Shown here piece by piece: positions 42,935 through 55,189 of a stretch of DNA of 64,000 nt. Position 1 is the first letter of the stretch, and each line of letters begins with the position of its first letter. The notes under the pieces are model-generated. The model did not search any database and was not told the DNA's origin. It saw only the letters and a program-made list of their open reading frames with translations. The stretch is from positions 10,788,001-10,852,000 of the forward strand of contig CM022666.1 of the NCBI GenBank assembly GCA_012295275.1, given 5' to 3'. Source of the stretch: Chrysomallon squamiferum (Eukaryota; Animalia; Mollusca). Position numbers and translations under genes: made by a program.

Positions 42935-43713
42935 GAAAAACAACACAAAAACAGTTACAAAAATAGTTTTTGCTTACCAAATCTGTTGTTTTTTCGCTAT
43001 GTATTTATTTGTTTTCCTCTTTATCACAGTCTTTTTGCTTAGAAATCGCTTAACAAATTCTATGAAGGCAGTTTGAAGAAAAAACAAAAACAAATACCTA
43101 CTGTACATTTTATTTAGACCTATTAACTCATTATCCCAATCTCGACATGAAACCTGCTTTTTTAGTTTCTCACATTCGTATTTTGTTGATAAAGAAATAC
43201 AAGTGAATTAAGCAAAATATGTTACACCAAGTGACCTTGTCTCGGGAGTATAATGTTCCGGTGCTTGCAAATCGATCGCATCCTGCTGAAACAATAATGT
43301 CTGCTTAAACTGATTCTCCAAGGAGACTCGCCTTGAATCAGTTTAAGACCGAGAGAGGCAAACTGCCAAAAACCAGTCTAAGCACTTCAGTCTGCGACTA
43401 ATAACTGTGACGTCACCGAAACGGAAACCCCGCCACGCCCGTCGATTAAGAGCATCATTCTACACGTCTGTATGTTTGTCTGTCGTTTTGTAACTTTCGG
43501 TTAATGGGATAGCGAAAAACATGGTTAATTTTTTACGAAATCACCGTAATCTTTACCTATCGTATTTCAAGAAACTGTCATAGTTATTTGTTTGCTTTCC
43601 TGTCTGTCTGTCTGTCTGTATATATATATTTTTATTATAGATTTGTTTTCTTCTTCTTTATCTTTTTCTTTCTTTTATTATATATTTTTACTATAGATTT
43701 GTTTTCTTCTTCT

Positions 43714-43897
43714 TATTATTATTATTACTATTACTATGATTATTATTATAATTATTATTATTATTATTACTATTACTATTATTACTATATTATTATTATT
43801 ACTATTACTATGATTATTATTATAATTATTATTATTATTATTACTATTATTACTATGATTATTATTATTATTATGATTATTATTGTTGTTACTATTA
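43714..43897. repeat. (ATT/ACT/ATG)n microsatellite abutting the Norrin exon acceptor
   Basis: Directly visible; ends at ACTATTACAG|. Confidence 0.9.
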
Positions 43898-43900
43898 CAG

Positions 43901-44134
43901 AACGTTCTGCTTGCGAAATGCGAGGGATTCTGCACAAAATCACGAAGTTTGCCTCGCGTGTCCTTCTCTCCAGTTCTTTATCGTCCTTTCCGGTACGTGT
44001 GCACGTGCTGCAGGGACGTGCTGTCGATCATGAAAGCGGTGGCGCTGAAATGCCAAGGGGATGAAACCGTGTTTGCTACATACAGATACATAATAAGGTG
44101 TGAATGTAAAAACTGCGGCTTCAAATATGGATGA
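43901..44134 (+). CDS. NDP: Norrin homologue, coding exon 2 (aa 53-129, stop TGA)
   Basis: Acceptor TTACAG at 43900. Encodes NVLLAKCEGFCTKSRSLPRVSFSPVLYRPFRYVCTCCRDVLSIMKAVALKCQGDETVFATYRYIIRCECKNCGFKYG, versus human [75 protein letters not shown] (human sequence recalled from memory). CxGxC and CxC knot motifs present. Confidence 0.95.
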   Translation, partial: NVLLAKCEGFCTKSRSLPRVSFSPVLYRPFRYVCTCCRDVLSIMKAVALKCQGDETVFATYRYIIRCECKNCGFKYG

Positions 44135-44401
44135 CAAAGATTTTTTCTCAGTGTTATTAATAATGTCTTGCCTTTCCAATAGTGACAGACCCAAACGGAT
44201 ATCGTCTGCAGCTGGTGGTAATATATTTCCGTCAGAAGATCAGCACTTACGGAATTATTTCTTCTGCACGTGACAAAAAAAAAAAAAAAAATTTAAAGCC
44301 TTTTTACTGTTTTCCTCATAAGAAAATGTCGGATTTTTATTTTCCGTGATATAACTTTAAACGATGTATATAAGTGAAAATGTGTATGTATTTAAATGTG
44401 C

Positions 44402-44505
44402 AATAAATTAAATATTAATATTTAAAGTAGATCTAGTGTATGTATGCTTTCATTATATATTAAAAATTTAATGTCTTCCAAAGCATGAAACGACGTTACA
44501 ATAAA
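44402..44505 (+). terminator. Candidate polyadenylation signals of the Norrin-like gene
   Basis: AATAAA at 44402 and 44500, but the context is AT-rich so specificity is low. Confidence 0.3.
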
Positions 44506-44955
44506 AGATACTGATAGCCTCATATATACTTTATTATTAAAAATTGTGTTTTAATATTTATGATGATGATGATGATGATAATTAAATAAATATATCATGA
44601 GGCTTTTTTCTTTCTTTCTTTTTTCTCATTTTTAATTAAAATATTGAATTTTATCAACGTAGGAATAAAATAAAACGAAAGTATGCGTTTAAAATATTTT
44701 TATTTTGGTGAATAGATTTTCTAATCAAAGTAAGTTAAAAAAACATTCACACCCATTTGTAACACTAACTATTAAAAGCATTAAGAAAAATAACAGGAAT
44801 AACTCTAGCAGCATGAAGTGATTGCGGCAGATGAATTATCGTTCCTGGCGAGATTTCCAAGTAGATAAGTAGGTGACAATGTATCTGAATGTATTTCAGT
44901 ATTATTCACTCTTGAACTGATAATACAAAACATAATTCAACCGCAGATAAATTTC

Positions 44956-45006
<51 letters not shown>

Positions 45007-45399
45007 TACTACTACTAATGTCGCCATTATTTGCTGATGTTGTCATTATTAATATTGTTGCCATTATTGCTATGTTGTTGTGGCTGTTGTTGCTGGTGTT
45101 GTTCAACTAATTCTAAGCAAATAATTTGACAGCGGAACACTGAATGTTAAGACATGACATAGTACGAATTTACATGTTTTTTCTCTCCTTTTTTTCTGAT
45201 ATTTGCTGTGTCGCCAGTATGATGTTGTGGATGATAACAGAATTCTCTATGTATGTTCTCTAGTAAAGAATCATCTACAAAGGCGTTAGCGGTAATAAAT
45301 AAAGAAAGGTAACTCTAGTTACTTGAGACGCCAGGTCCAAGTGAATTATCTTTCCTGAAACCTCAAACGTGTAGGATGATTATTGATTTAGAAGTGCCA

Positions 45400-45680
45400 G
45401 TGTGTGTGTGTGTGTGTTTGTGCGTGCGTGTGTGTGTATCTGTGTGTGTGTGTGTGTGTTTGTGCGTGTGTGTGTGCGTGTGTGTATATGTATCTGTGTG
45501 TGTGCGTGTGTGTGTGTGTGTGTATCTGTATGTGTGTGCGTGTGTGTGTGAGTGTGTGTGTGTATATGGGGGGATGAGTATACATGTGTGTCTGTGTGAT
45601 GTGTGATGTGTGTCTGTGTGATGTGTGATGTGTGATGTGTGATGTGTGTCTGTGTGATGTGTGATGTGTGATGTGTGATG
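45400..45680. repeat. (TG)n followed by (TGTGA)n microsatellite
   Basis: Directly visible. Confidence 0.9.
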
Positions 45681-46853
45681 GTAGCTATTATAACAAAAAT
45701 ATGTGCAATTAATTATTTTGAATCTGAATGAAATTTCTTTCGTAGATATGAATACTGTCCAGTTAAAACGATTTTGTTTTGTCATTTATTTATATATTTG
45801 TTTGTTTGTTTGTTTAGTAGTAACAGTAGTGGTATATGAAGTTGCAGTGTTAGTAATTATAGTAGTAGTTGTAGTATTTTAGCGGTAGTAGTAGTAATGG
45901 TAGCAGTAGCAGTAGTAGTAGTATTTGTAGCGGCGGTAGGAGTAGTATTTATAGTGGGTGTGATAGTCATGGACCGCGAGGAGTTTTAGTGATTATTATT
46001 ATCAATAATAATAATAGTAATCATAATAGTAATAATGATAGTAATAATAATAATTATTATTATTGTTATTATTAAAAGATGATGTTATTTTGTGACAATC
46101 TGATGAAATTATACATGTTTATATGTAATGTTTTTAAAAATAAAATAAAATAAGTTTAAAAATAAAAGCTGAAAAACGAATACTGAATTAGTCGTTTTCA
46201 TTGTCAGTGTTACTAAAGATAATTCAGTAGTTTTTACAAATAAAACAAGTTTGTAACATTTTGTACAGCTGTACGAGTTTTCACTGTTACGTGCTTTCCA
46301 GACAGCAGCTGTGAGACGCACGTGGTTGTCTCCCTGTAAAGACTCTTCACACCTGTCTAGTATTTGCCGTTAATCAGCATTGATATTCAATGTGATGGCG
46401 CTGTTTAGTATGCTGCCTTTTCGCGCCATGTGGTCGCATGTGGTGGAGCAATTGTTTTTAATCATAATGCTCTGCGTATGTCTGTACTAAATATTAGTAT
46501 TTTATAAATTAGCATCTGTTATGCCATCTAGTGAAAGCGGTTGCCACAGAAAGTAATTGAGGAACGGTTGGTACACATTATGAGGTTTTATCATTGTAGT
46601 TGTATAAAAAGGTGACACAGGAATCCCATTAATTACACTAATTATTCGTGTCGATTAGCAAAAAGAAAACATTTATATCTACCTTCTCATGCATATTTTA
46701 TCGTGTGATCGTAAATGTATGGGTCGTGGAATACGTACGCGAGTAGAGGATCGATCTTCCATTCTGTGATGTGTTGCACTAGCACTAATATAGTAAGACC
46801 ATTAAATTGATTGTCTAATTCTAAAGGTGCCCTCAGAAAAAGTGACCCTCTAC

Positions 46854-46856
<3 letters not shown>

Positions 46857-46947
<91 letters not shown>
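46857..46947. repeat. (CT)n microsatellite
   Basis: Directly visible. Confidence 0.95.
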
Positions 46948-46951
<4 letters not shown>

Positions 46952-48064
46952 GTCTGGCTTACACATCTTTTTCCTGTTTAATAATGTTACAGCAGAAGTG
47001 GTTATACAAACAGTTGTAGTAGTAACAAAAATAAACAAAAATAATGAAGACAAACTTGATATAAGACTGACAAAAACAAAAACATATATGAAAGAGATGA
47101 AATAAACAAATTAAAAAGAAAATTAGAAAAAAAAAAATATATATATACACCAAAAAACAGCAGCAGTAACAAACAAAGAGAAAGAAGAAGAAGGAGGAGG
47201 ACTGAATTAATGAAGAAAGTCACGTAACAAAAATAAAATTAACAACCAACGAACAAACAAGTATTTTAACTTTTCAAATATGTGACGTTTACGATCTGCT
47301 AGTGACGTCACATATGAAGAAACACACCTGTCGGTTAGATACAAAAGTGCCAACAACTCTGATTCTCGTAAATTTCAGCAGTAAACATTTCAGACGTCTA
47401 TTTCCAGTTTGGCAGACTGTTTCAGTGTAAAATAATCTGATGCATACAACGCAGATTTGGCACTTGTAGTTAAAGAAATAAGGGGTAAAAGAAAAAGAAA
47501 GAAATGCAGAAAAAAGAGATGTGGGAGTAAAAAACATGAAAAAACAAGTTTAATAAAATAAAAAAAAAATAAAAATAAATAAACAAAGAAACAAAGAAGA
47601 ATACAAAGCAACACATATAACAAATAAATATTTTAAAAATTAAAAAATAGAGAAAGAAAGACATGAAAGAAAAACTGAAGACAATTTAGAAAAATAAAAG
47701 AAAAGCAATAACATCAAATTTCCTCTGTCACTGACGTTAACATATTTACGAGCCGCATTAGTAAGTTTGCTAAAATAATTTACCTAGGTTTAGAAATATG
47801 ACATTGTTCTCAAAAACCTTTTAAATAAAGTTTATAATCAGTTTAATATTCGTTTTAGTTTTCATTTTACGAGAATTACATTTTCATCCCTCGGGTATAA
47901 TATTAAATCCTGGGATTAAGAATTTCCTTTTAAATTCTTGAATGACGAACAAAGCCCCAAGATGAAAAAAACAAAAACAAACACAAAACCCACATTAAAA
48001 TATTAATAAAGATTTACCTATATAGTTTTACAACAATTATTAATGTTATCTAAAATGTGACTGT

Positions 48065-48095
<31 letters not shown>

Positions 48096-48870
48096 TTTTC
48101 CTACTGCGTGAAACTGTTTCTACCAGACGATAAATGAATTATATTAATTTGTAAAATTTAATAATTGTAACAGAGACGGATGTGAAAAAGCAATCGGTGG
48201 GATACTTGTTATCTCCTTTGTGTACTTTTAATAAAAATAAAAAAATAAGAAAATAAAATGAAAATAATATTAAATAAGCAAAACGATATAACGTAAAGTA
48301 AAAAAATAATAAGAGTAAAAAATAATAAATAAATAAATTAATTAAAATAAAATTAAAAGTATCTATCCAATAATGGGTCACATTTATTATTTTTGTGACG
48401 GATTAAATTAACTGATAAAATTAGATATTATTTGTAAATGAACACTGTAAAAAGCTTAGTAACTGTATCTACTATATCATATTTAACATTTATATTTGAT
48501 CACCAAACAGTAACCGGGGAAGATCAGATTAGTATAATGTGAAATTGCCGCCAGGCAGAATTATAACGTCAGTAAATAACACTGTCAACTATTAGTGTAC
48601 AGAAACATTCGAGTCATTAACTGTAACTGTTGCTGTTATTTTCAGCAAAGAGAGACAAATAAAAAACAAACAAAAAAATCAAATCAATAAATCAAATAAA
48701 CAAGTAAATAAGCAAACAAACAAAGAAATGAAATAAATAAATACATTTAGAATAATTCACAAAAGAAGTAGTACTAATAATTGTGTTAGTATTAGTAGAA
48801 ACAGTAGCAGAAGTAATAATAGCAGTAGTAATACTAGTAGTAGTAGTAATAGTAGTAGTAGTAGCAGTAA

Positions 48871-48901
<31 letters not shown>

Positions 48902-48994
48902 GGTGGTGGTGATAGTAATAACAAATAATAATAACTACAGAAATCTTTCCTTCCCTTTATCATAATCAGTGAAAAACAAAGCTTCTGTGGAACC

Positions 48995-49056
48995 GTCACA
49001 CAGTTTACAGCTGTTAGAAAGTCACACAGTTTACAGCTGTTAGAAAGTCACACAGT
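48995..49056. repeat. 26-bp tandem repeat, about 2.4 copies, immediately 3' of the SMCO4 stop
   Basis: GTCACACAGTTTACAGCTGTTAGAAA at 48995, 49021 and (partial) 49047. Confidence 0.9.
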
Positions 49057-49058
49057 AT

Positions 49059-49247
49059 TTAGTCATCATACTCAACGTAGTTTCCCGGTCGACTCCTGAT
49101 GTAGACGTAAGCCGTGATTAACAGACACACGACAGTCAACACGGGCACAACAACAGTCCACAGTTTCTCCTTGTTTTTCAGATTCTCCATCTTTCTTTCT
49201 CTCTTCTCTTTCCGTGTTTCTTTCACTCTTCCTCTCAGTTGTCTCAT
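49059..49247 (-). CDS. SMCO4: Single-pass membrane and coiled-coil domain-containing protein 4 homologue, 62 aa
   Basis: MRQLRGRVKETRKEKRERKMENLKNKEKLWTVVVPVLTVVCLLITAYVYIRSRP versus human MRQLKGKPKKETSKDKKERKQAMQEARQQITTVVLPTLAVVVLLIVVFVYVATRP (recalled from memory). Basic coiled coil plus one TM; minus-strand acceptor TGTTTCAG 15 nt before the ATG (exon starts 49262). Confidence 0.92.
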   Translation of the reverse strand: MRQLRGRVKETRKEKRERKMENLKNKEKLWTVVVPVLTVVCLLITAYVYIRSRPGNYVEYDD

Positions 49248-50116
49248 TGTGACGTCAGCTGTCTGAAACAGACAAAGGATAACTGAATGAATAAAAGAAT
49301 GATTGGTGGATGGATTAATTAAATCAACGCATATTTTCTTCTAAACATAATTTGAAATGAAGAACTGTCATCATCATCATCATTATTATTTTTGGTACTG
49401 TCATTATTAGAACAACATATCAGGGATCTGATGTTGAAATTTCACGGGATTTCCCATTATTTAATTCAAGAGATAATTTGAATACAGCTTTCCTCATAGG
49501 GAAGTCATTATAATTTTATTCTGACGTATACCAGCTGTCTCATGTAAAGTAGCAATAGAAATAAGAAACATGAATAAATTACACCTCTTTCTTTGAAATA
49601 AAGTTAACTGTACACAACCAGTGGACATATATTACAAAACTTTCAAATCAGTTTTAAAGTACTCATCAGCTGAACAGATTTCTTATAATGTTTCAGATAA
49701 ATGTAAAATTTGAAGGGCACATTTAAAGTGCTAGTATTTTTAAGTACTAACCTATCTGGTGTATCAACGTACTCGCGTCTCTTATTTTACACAATTTGCG
49801 TATTGTGTGTGTAACGTGATGGCCCCAGCTCTATCTCTTATAACTTAACTGTATAAAAACCGTAATGAATTTATGTTAATGTGTTAAACAGGTGTTGTAA
49901 ATAATTCACAAAAAATCCTTATGTAATAAAATGGCTAATGTGTATGATTATAAACTGAACAGTAAAATTTACAGATAAAGAACACGCTTGTTACGATGTA
50001 ATAAGATTTAAAAATGTATTAGGTATATAAATATAAAAATTATCTATCTATATATCTATCTATCTTATCTATTTATCTATCTGTCTATCTATCTATCTTA
50101 TCTATTTATCTATCTG

Positions 50117-50210
<94 letters not shown>

Positions 50211-50320
50211 TACACACACAAAATACATAAAGGACTGTTAAAAACTTTAAAAAACATACATACACACATTTATCTCTCTCTCTTTTTACATAAAATATTA
50301 TTCTAAAGTTTTATTCCTAC

Positions 50321-50358
50321 CTGGTGACTTCGAGGTTTAGCGTGTACAGGTAAACTAG
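50321..50358 (-). other. SMCO4: Candidate 5' UTR exon of SMCO4
   Basis: Minus-strand donor CAG|GTAGGA at 50321/50320. The 5' boundary is uncertain (possible acceptor CTCTGTCATTAG); another possible donor AA|GTAAAT lies near 50896. Confidence 0.35.
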
Positions 50359-51031
50359 CTAATGACAGAGTTTAAATAGTACAAATACTGAACACACCTG
50401 TTGCCATGTGAAATATGTTAATTCCGGGAACTCACCTGCTGATTTCATTTCTAACAATATGTATTGTGAGCGAAAATAAAAATATCTTAATACTACTACT
50501 ACTAATAATAATAATACGAAGAAGAAGAAGAAGAAGAAGAAGAAGAAGAAGAAGAAGAAGAAGAAGACGAACAAGAAGAAGAAGAAGAGGAAGAAGAAGA
50601 ATTTGTGTGAAAACTAATTTATCTTTAAATTAAACGAAACTTAAGTCCCTAAAATCATATCACATTAAATATAACAAATTTCAGATTTATCAACTTAATG
50701 GATAGCATTAACACACTTCTACTTCATGTTCTTTAGATAACAGCGTCATTGTTGTGACGTCGTACAGCCTACAACAGCACAGCGCTTGTTCACTTATCAT
50801 TAACTTATGTTTATTATTTTGTTACGATATTTGGTATTCTAAAACAGTCAAGTAATAATAATAAGAAGACTAAGAATGAACGAGCCCGAATTTACTTAAT
50901 TTCGGTGAACGGACGAGGGTTCATTTTTGTGACATAAGCGATGACGGAATGTGAATTAGAGCTATATTGTGTGAACGTTCCATTTCTAATACATCATTAT
51001 GACAGTAATTTTAAACTGTATAATTGTCATT

Positions 51032-51158
<127 letters not shown>

Positions 51159-51595
51159 GCTGAATCACTAATGCTGAAAAATAAACATTTTTAACGAACT
51201 GTCAAATTAAGTCTAGAAATCATGTTTTATAATATTTATTTAAATAATTAATTCAGATAATCTAAACAAACAGGAGATTTTTCGTATTTTAATACAGAAA
51301 TACATTTTCACATTTCCTAATTTCTGTTTTCTTTTTTAAACTTAGTGTACAGTTTTCGAATTGCCATTAATAATATAAAGGAAAAAGACAGTCAAGGCAG
51401 ATTACTAAATTAATGTCTAAAAGACAAATATGTACTATAAGATACGTGAGTCGTACAGTTTAGTAGCTGACAGAAACTGTTCCACGACAGTTATTAACGG
51501 TAATTTGGAGAGCTTAACGAGAACACATGCATTAATTAGAGTAAAAGAAAGATATTAATTTATCACATGTAAAAGTAATATTGATTTAACACAAC

Positions 51596-51648
51596 TATAT
51601 AAACAGAACGAAGTAAATATAAAGTAAAAATAAATACAGTGAAAAAAG
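51596..51648 (+). promoter_or_regulatory. Candidate TATA box and short first exon of the 52646 GPCR
   Basis: TATATAAA at 51596 and a consensus donor AAG|GTAAGT at 51648/51649. Acceptors at 52373 (possible internal UTR exon) and 52625 precede the ATG. Confidence 0.45.
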
Positions 51649-52645
51649 GTAAGTAAGTCGTGTATATTTTTATAATATTGTATTTCTGTGTACAACTATT
51701 ACCACAACTACTCTATCATTACAATACAACGGATACAATTACTACCAATACTACTGCTACTACTTATACTACCACTACTATTACTACTACTGCTACCGTT
51801 ACTAATATTACTATGAATATCACTAGTACTACTGCGATGACTACTGATACCACGACTACTACACCATCACTACTATTACCATCTTTTACTATCACAACCA
51901 TCACTACTTCTATTATTACCACTATTATTACTACTTCTATTACTACTTCTATTACTACTTCTATTATTACCACTGCTATTACTACTACTACAGATACTGC
52001 TGCTACTGTTGCTATTGCCATTATTGCTTTATGTTAGTCATTATTAGTACCGAAATGGAAAATAAAACGAAGTACATTTTATTTTTTTCACTTTTTTATT
52101 ATTACTTTTTTTTACTTGTGTAATTATTTAATTAGTAAGCGAAGGAACTCGGTTTTCCCGGGAATTATGTTCTTGTGAGAATGATAGAAAAACACGTTGT
52201 AGATTACAAATACAACAGCAAATGAAAGTTTGTAATGTTTTAGTCAGCCCCTTCGCGTCTTACTTTGGATACAAGTGGGTCGAGTGATTTTAGAGACTGC
52301 TATGCGTTAAAAAAGTTATTTTTTATTTATTTGTTTATTATTATTATTATTTTTGATAAGGTTTGTTTTTCAGACATTTGCCTCACAGCCAGTCAGTTTC
52401 CATATTTCATATTCCTGTTATAAAATCAACACAGCAGCATCATCCTGGTAGTCGAAGTGAGCGGTTAGGTCGCTACAGACATTTCCATTCTATGCCTGGT
52501 TATCCTCATTAATATGTTTGCTTACTTACTTTTATATTAATTATTTATTTATTCATTTACTTACCTACTTTTTCTTACTTACTTACATACATACATCTCT
52601 ACTTATTTATTTATTTATGTTACAGTACAAACAGACATAAACACT

Positions 52646-54135
<1,490 letters not shown>

Positions 54136-54769
54136 TTATCTATCAGCTGCCAGCGCTCAACGCAATAAGTAGATAATATGTAAATAAAAGAAGAATAATG
54201 GGCTAAACATAAATACTATGATGATACTAATTATGGTGAAAATGATGATAATGATAATACTGATTATGATGACGGTGACAATGATGATAAAGAAGACGGC
54301 GGATATCTACCAGAACAAGAAGAAGAAACGAGGAGAATCTGTTAATAATTATGAAATGTTACACTGGTAAGAAAGTCACCATATTTGTAACTCATTAGAA
54401 TAGTGTGATGTAACAGAAAAATAGCAACAAAAACTGTGAACGCATAAACAGCAACGTGTGCACTGGAAACTAAACTTGTACAATTAATATTGTCGTTTTG
54501 ACTCAATAGAACACAAACTGTAAAGTTATATTGCTATTGTTATATTTGCTGTTGTAACTAGAAACAAAACAAAATAAATAAATTAAAAGAAAGAAGGGTA
54601 TGAAGAGAATGAATTTCCTTTAGATTTAGTAATGTATCTGACAATCAAATATATCTTAGTATTGTAATCATTTTTGTTTTTAGTGTGCAATAAAAGATTT
54701 GGTTTCCCATTGTGTTTACGATTCTTTCTTTCTTTTGCTTTTGCTTCTACATATGTACGTACGTTCAGA

Positions 54770-55075
54770 GACATACCTACATACATACATACATACATAT
54801 AACTGACGTCTACAACATGTGGGCCTGGAGATGTTGCTTCCATATTTCCAGCCAAGTGTCCTTAACTTAGTACAAGAAGTGCCAGTTCTGCCGCTCTCTG
54901 GATCCACTGTTGGACTTTAGGACCATCTTTGTAGAATCTGGCCTCTCAAGGTTTTGTGTCTTCCTCGATACATTTGACTGTAATGGAACAGACTGGATGG
55001 CGGTAATTTCCAAGTCTGGCTGTAAGCCCTTAAACTGACTGTGTAACAAATGGGAGACAACTATTTATAACATCT
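54770..55075 (-). mobile_element. Decayed 3' end of an RTE-type LINE with (ATGT)n tail
   Basis: Frameshifted minus-strand translation gives SCLP..LLHSQFKG...VDPES..ELA..KDTW, resembling the RTE ORF2 C-terminus, followed by a TATG microsatellite tail. Confidence 0.4.
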
Positions 55076-55189
55076 TAATAAATTCACAGACGACAATAAC
55101 AATAATACAGATTTTTGATCAGTGACAATGATAATGACTTTATTCTCATAAACTGTAGATTACAGTACAGAGAAGAATGTATTACAGCT

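Noticed and set aside
43588-44064. 158-aa ORF and the minus-strand ORF 43940..44194 overlapping the Norrin exon
   Set aside because: Alternative frames; only the 43901 frame gives the cystine-knot pattern.
42542-44134. Bursicon, GPA2/GPB5 or DAN-family identity for the cystine-knot protein
   Set aside because: Cysteine spacing, the RCMRH, VSFS.VL..PFR and ATYRYI motifs and the intron position all match Norrin specifically.
51660-52037. Thr-rich mucin-like ORF upstream of the 52646 GPCR
   Set aside because: Degenerate (ACT)n repeat with a GTG start, inside the predicted 5' UTR intron.
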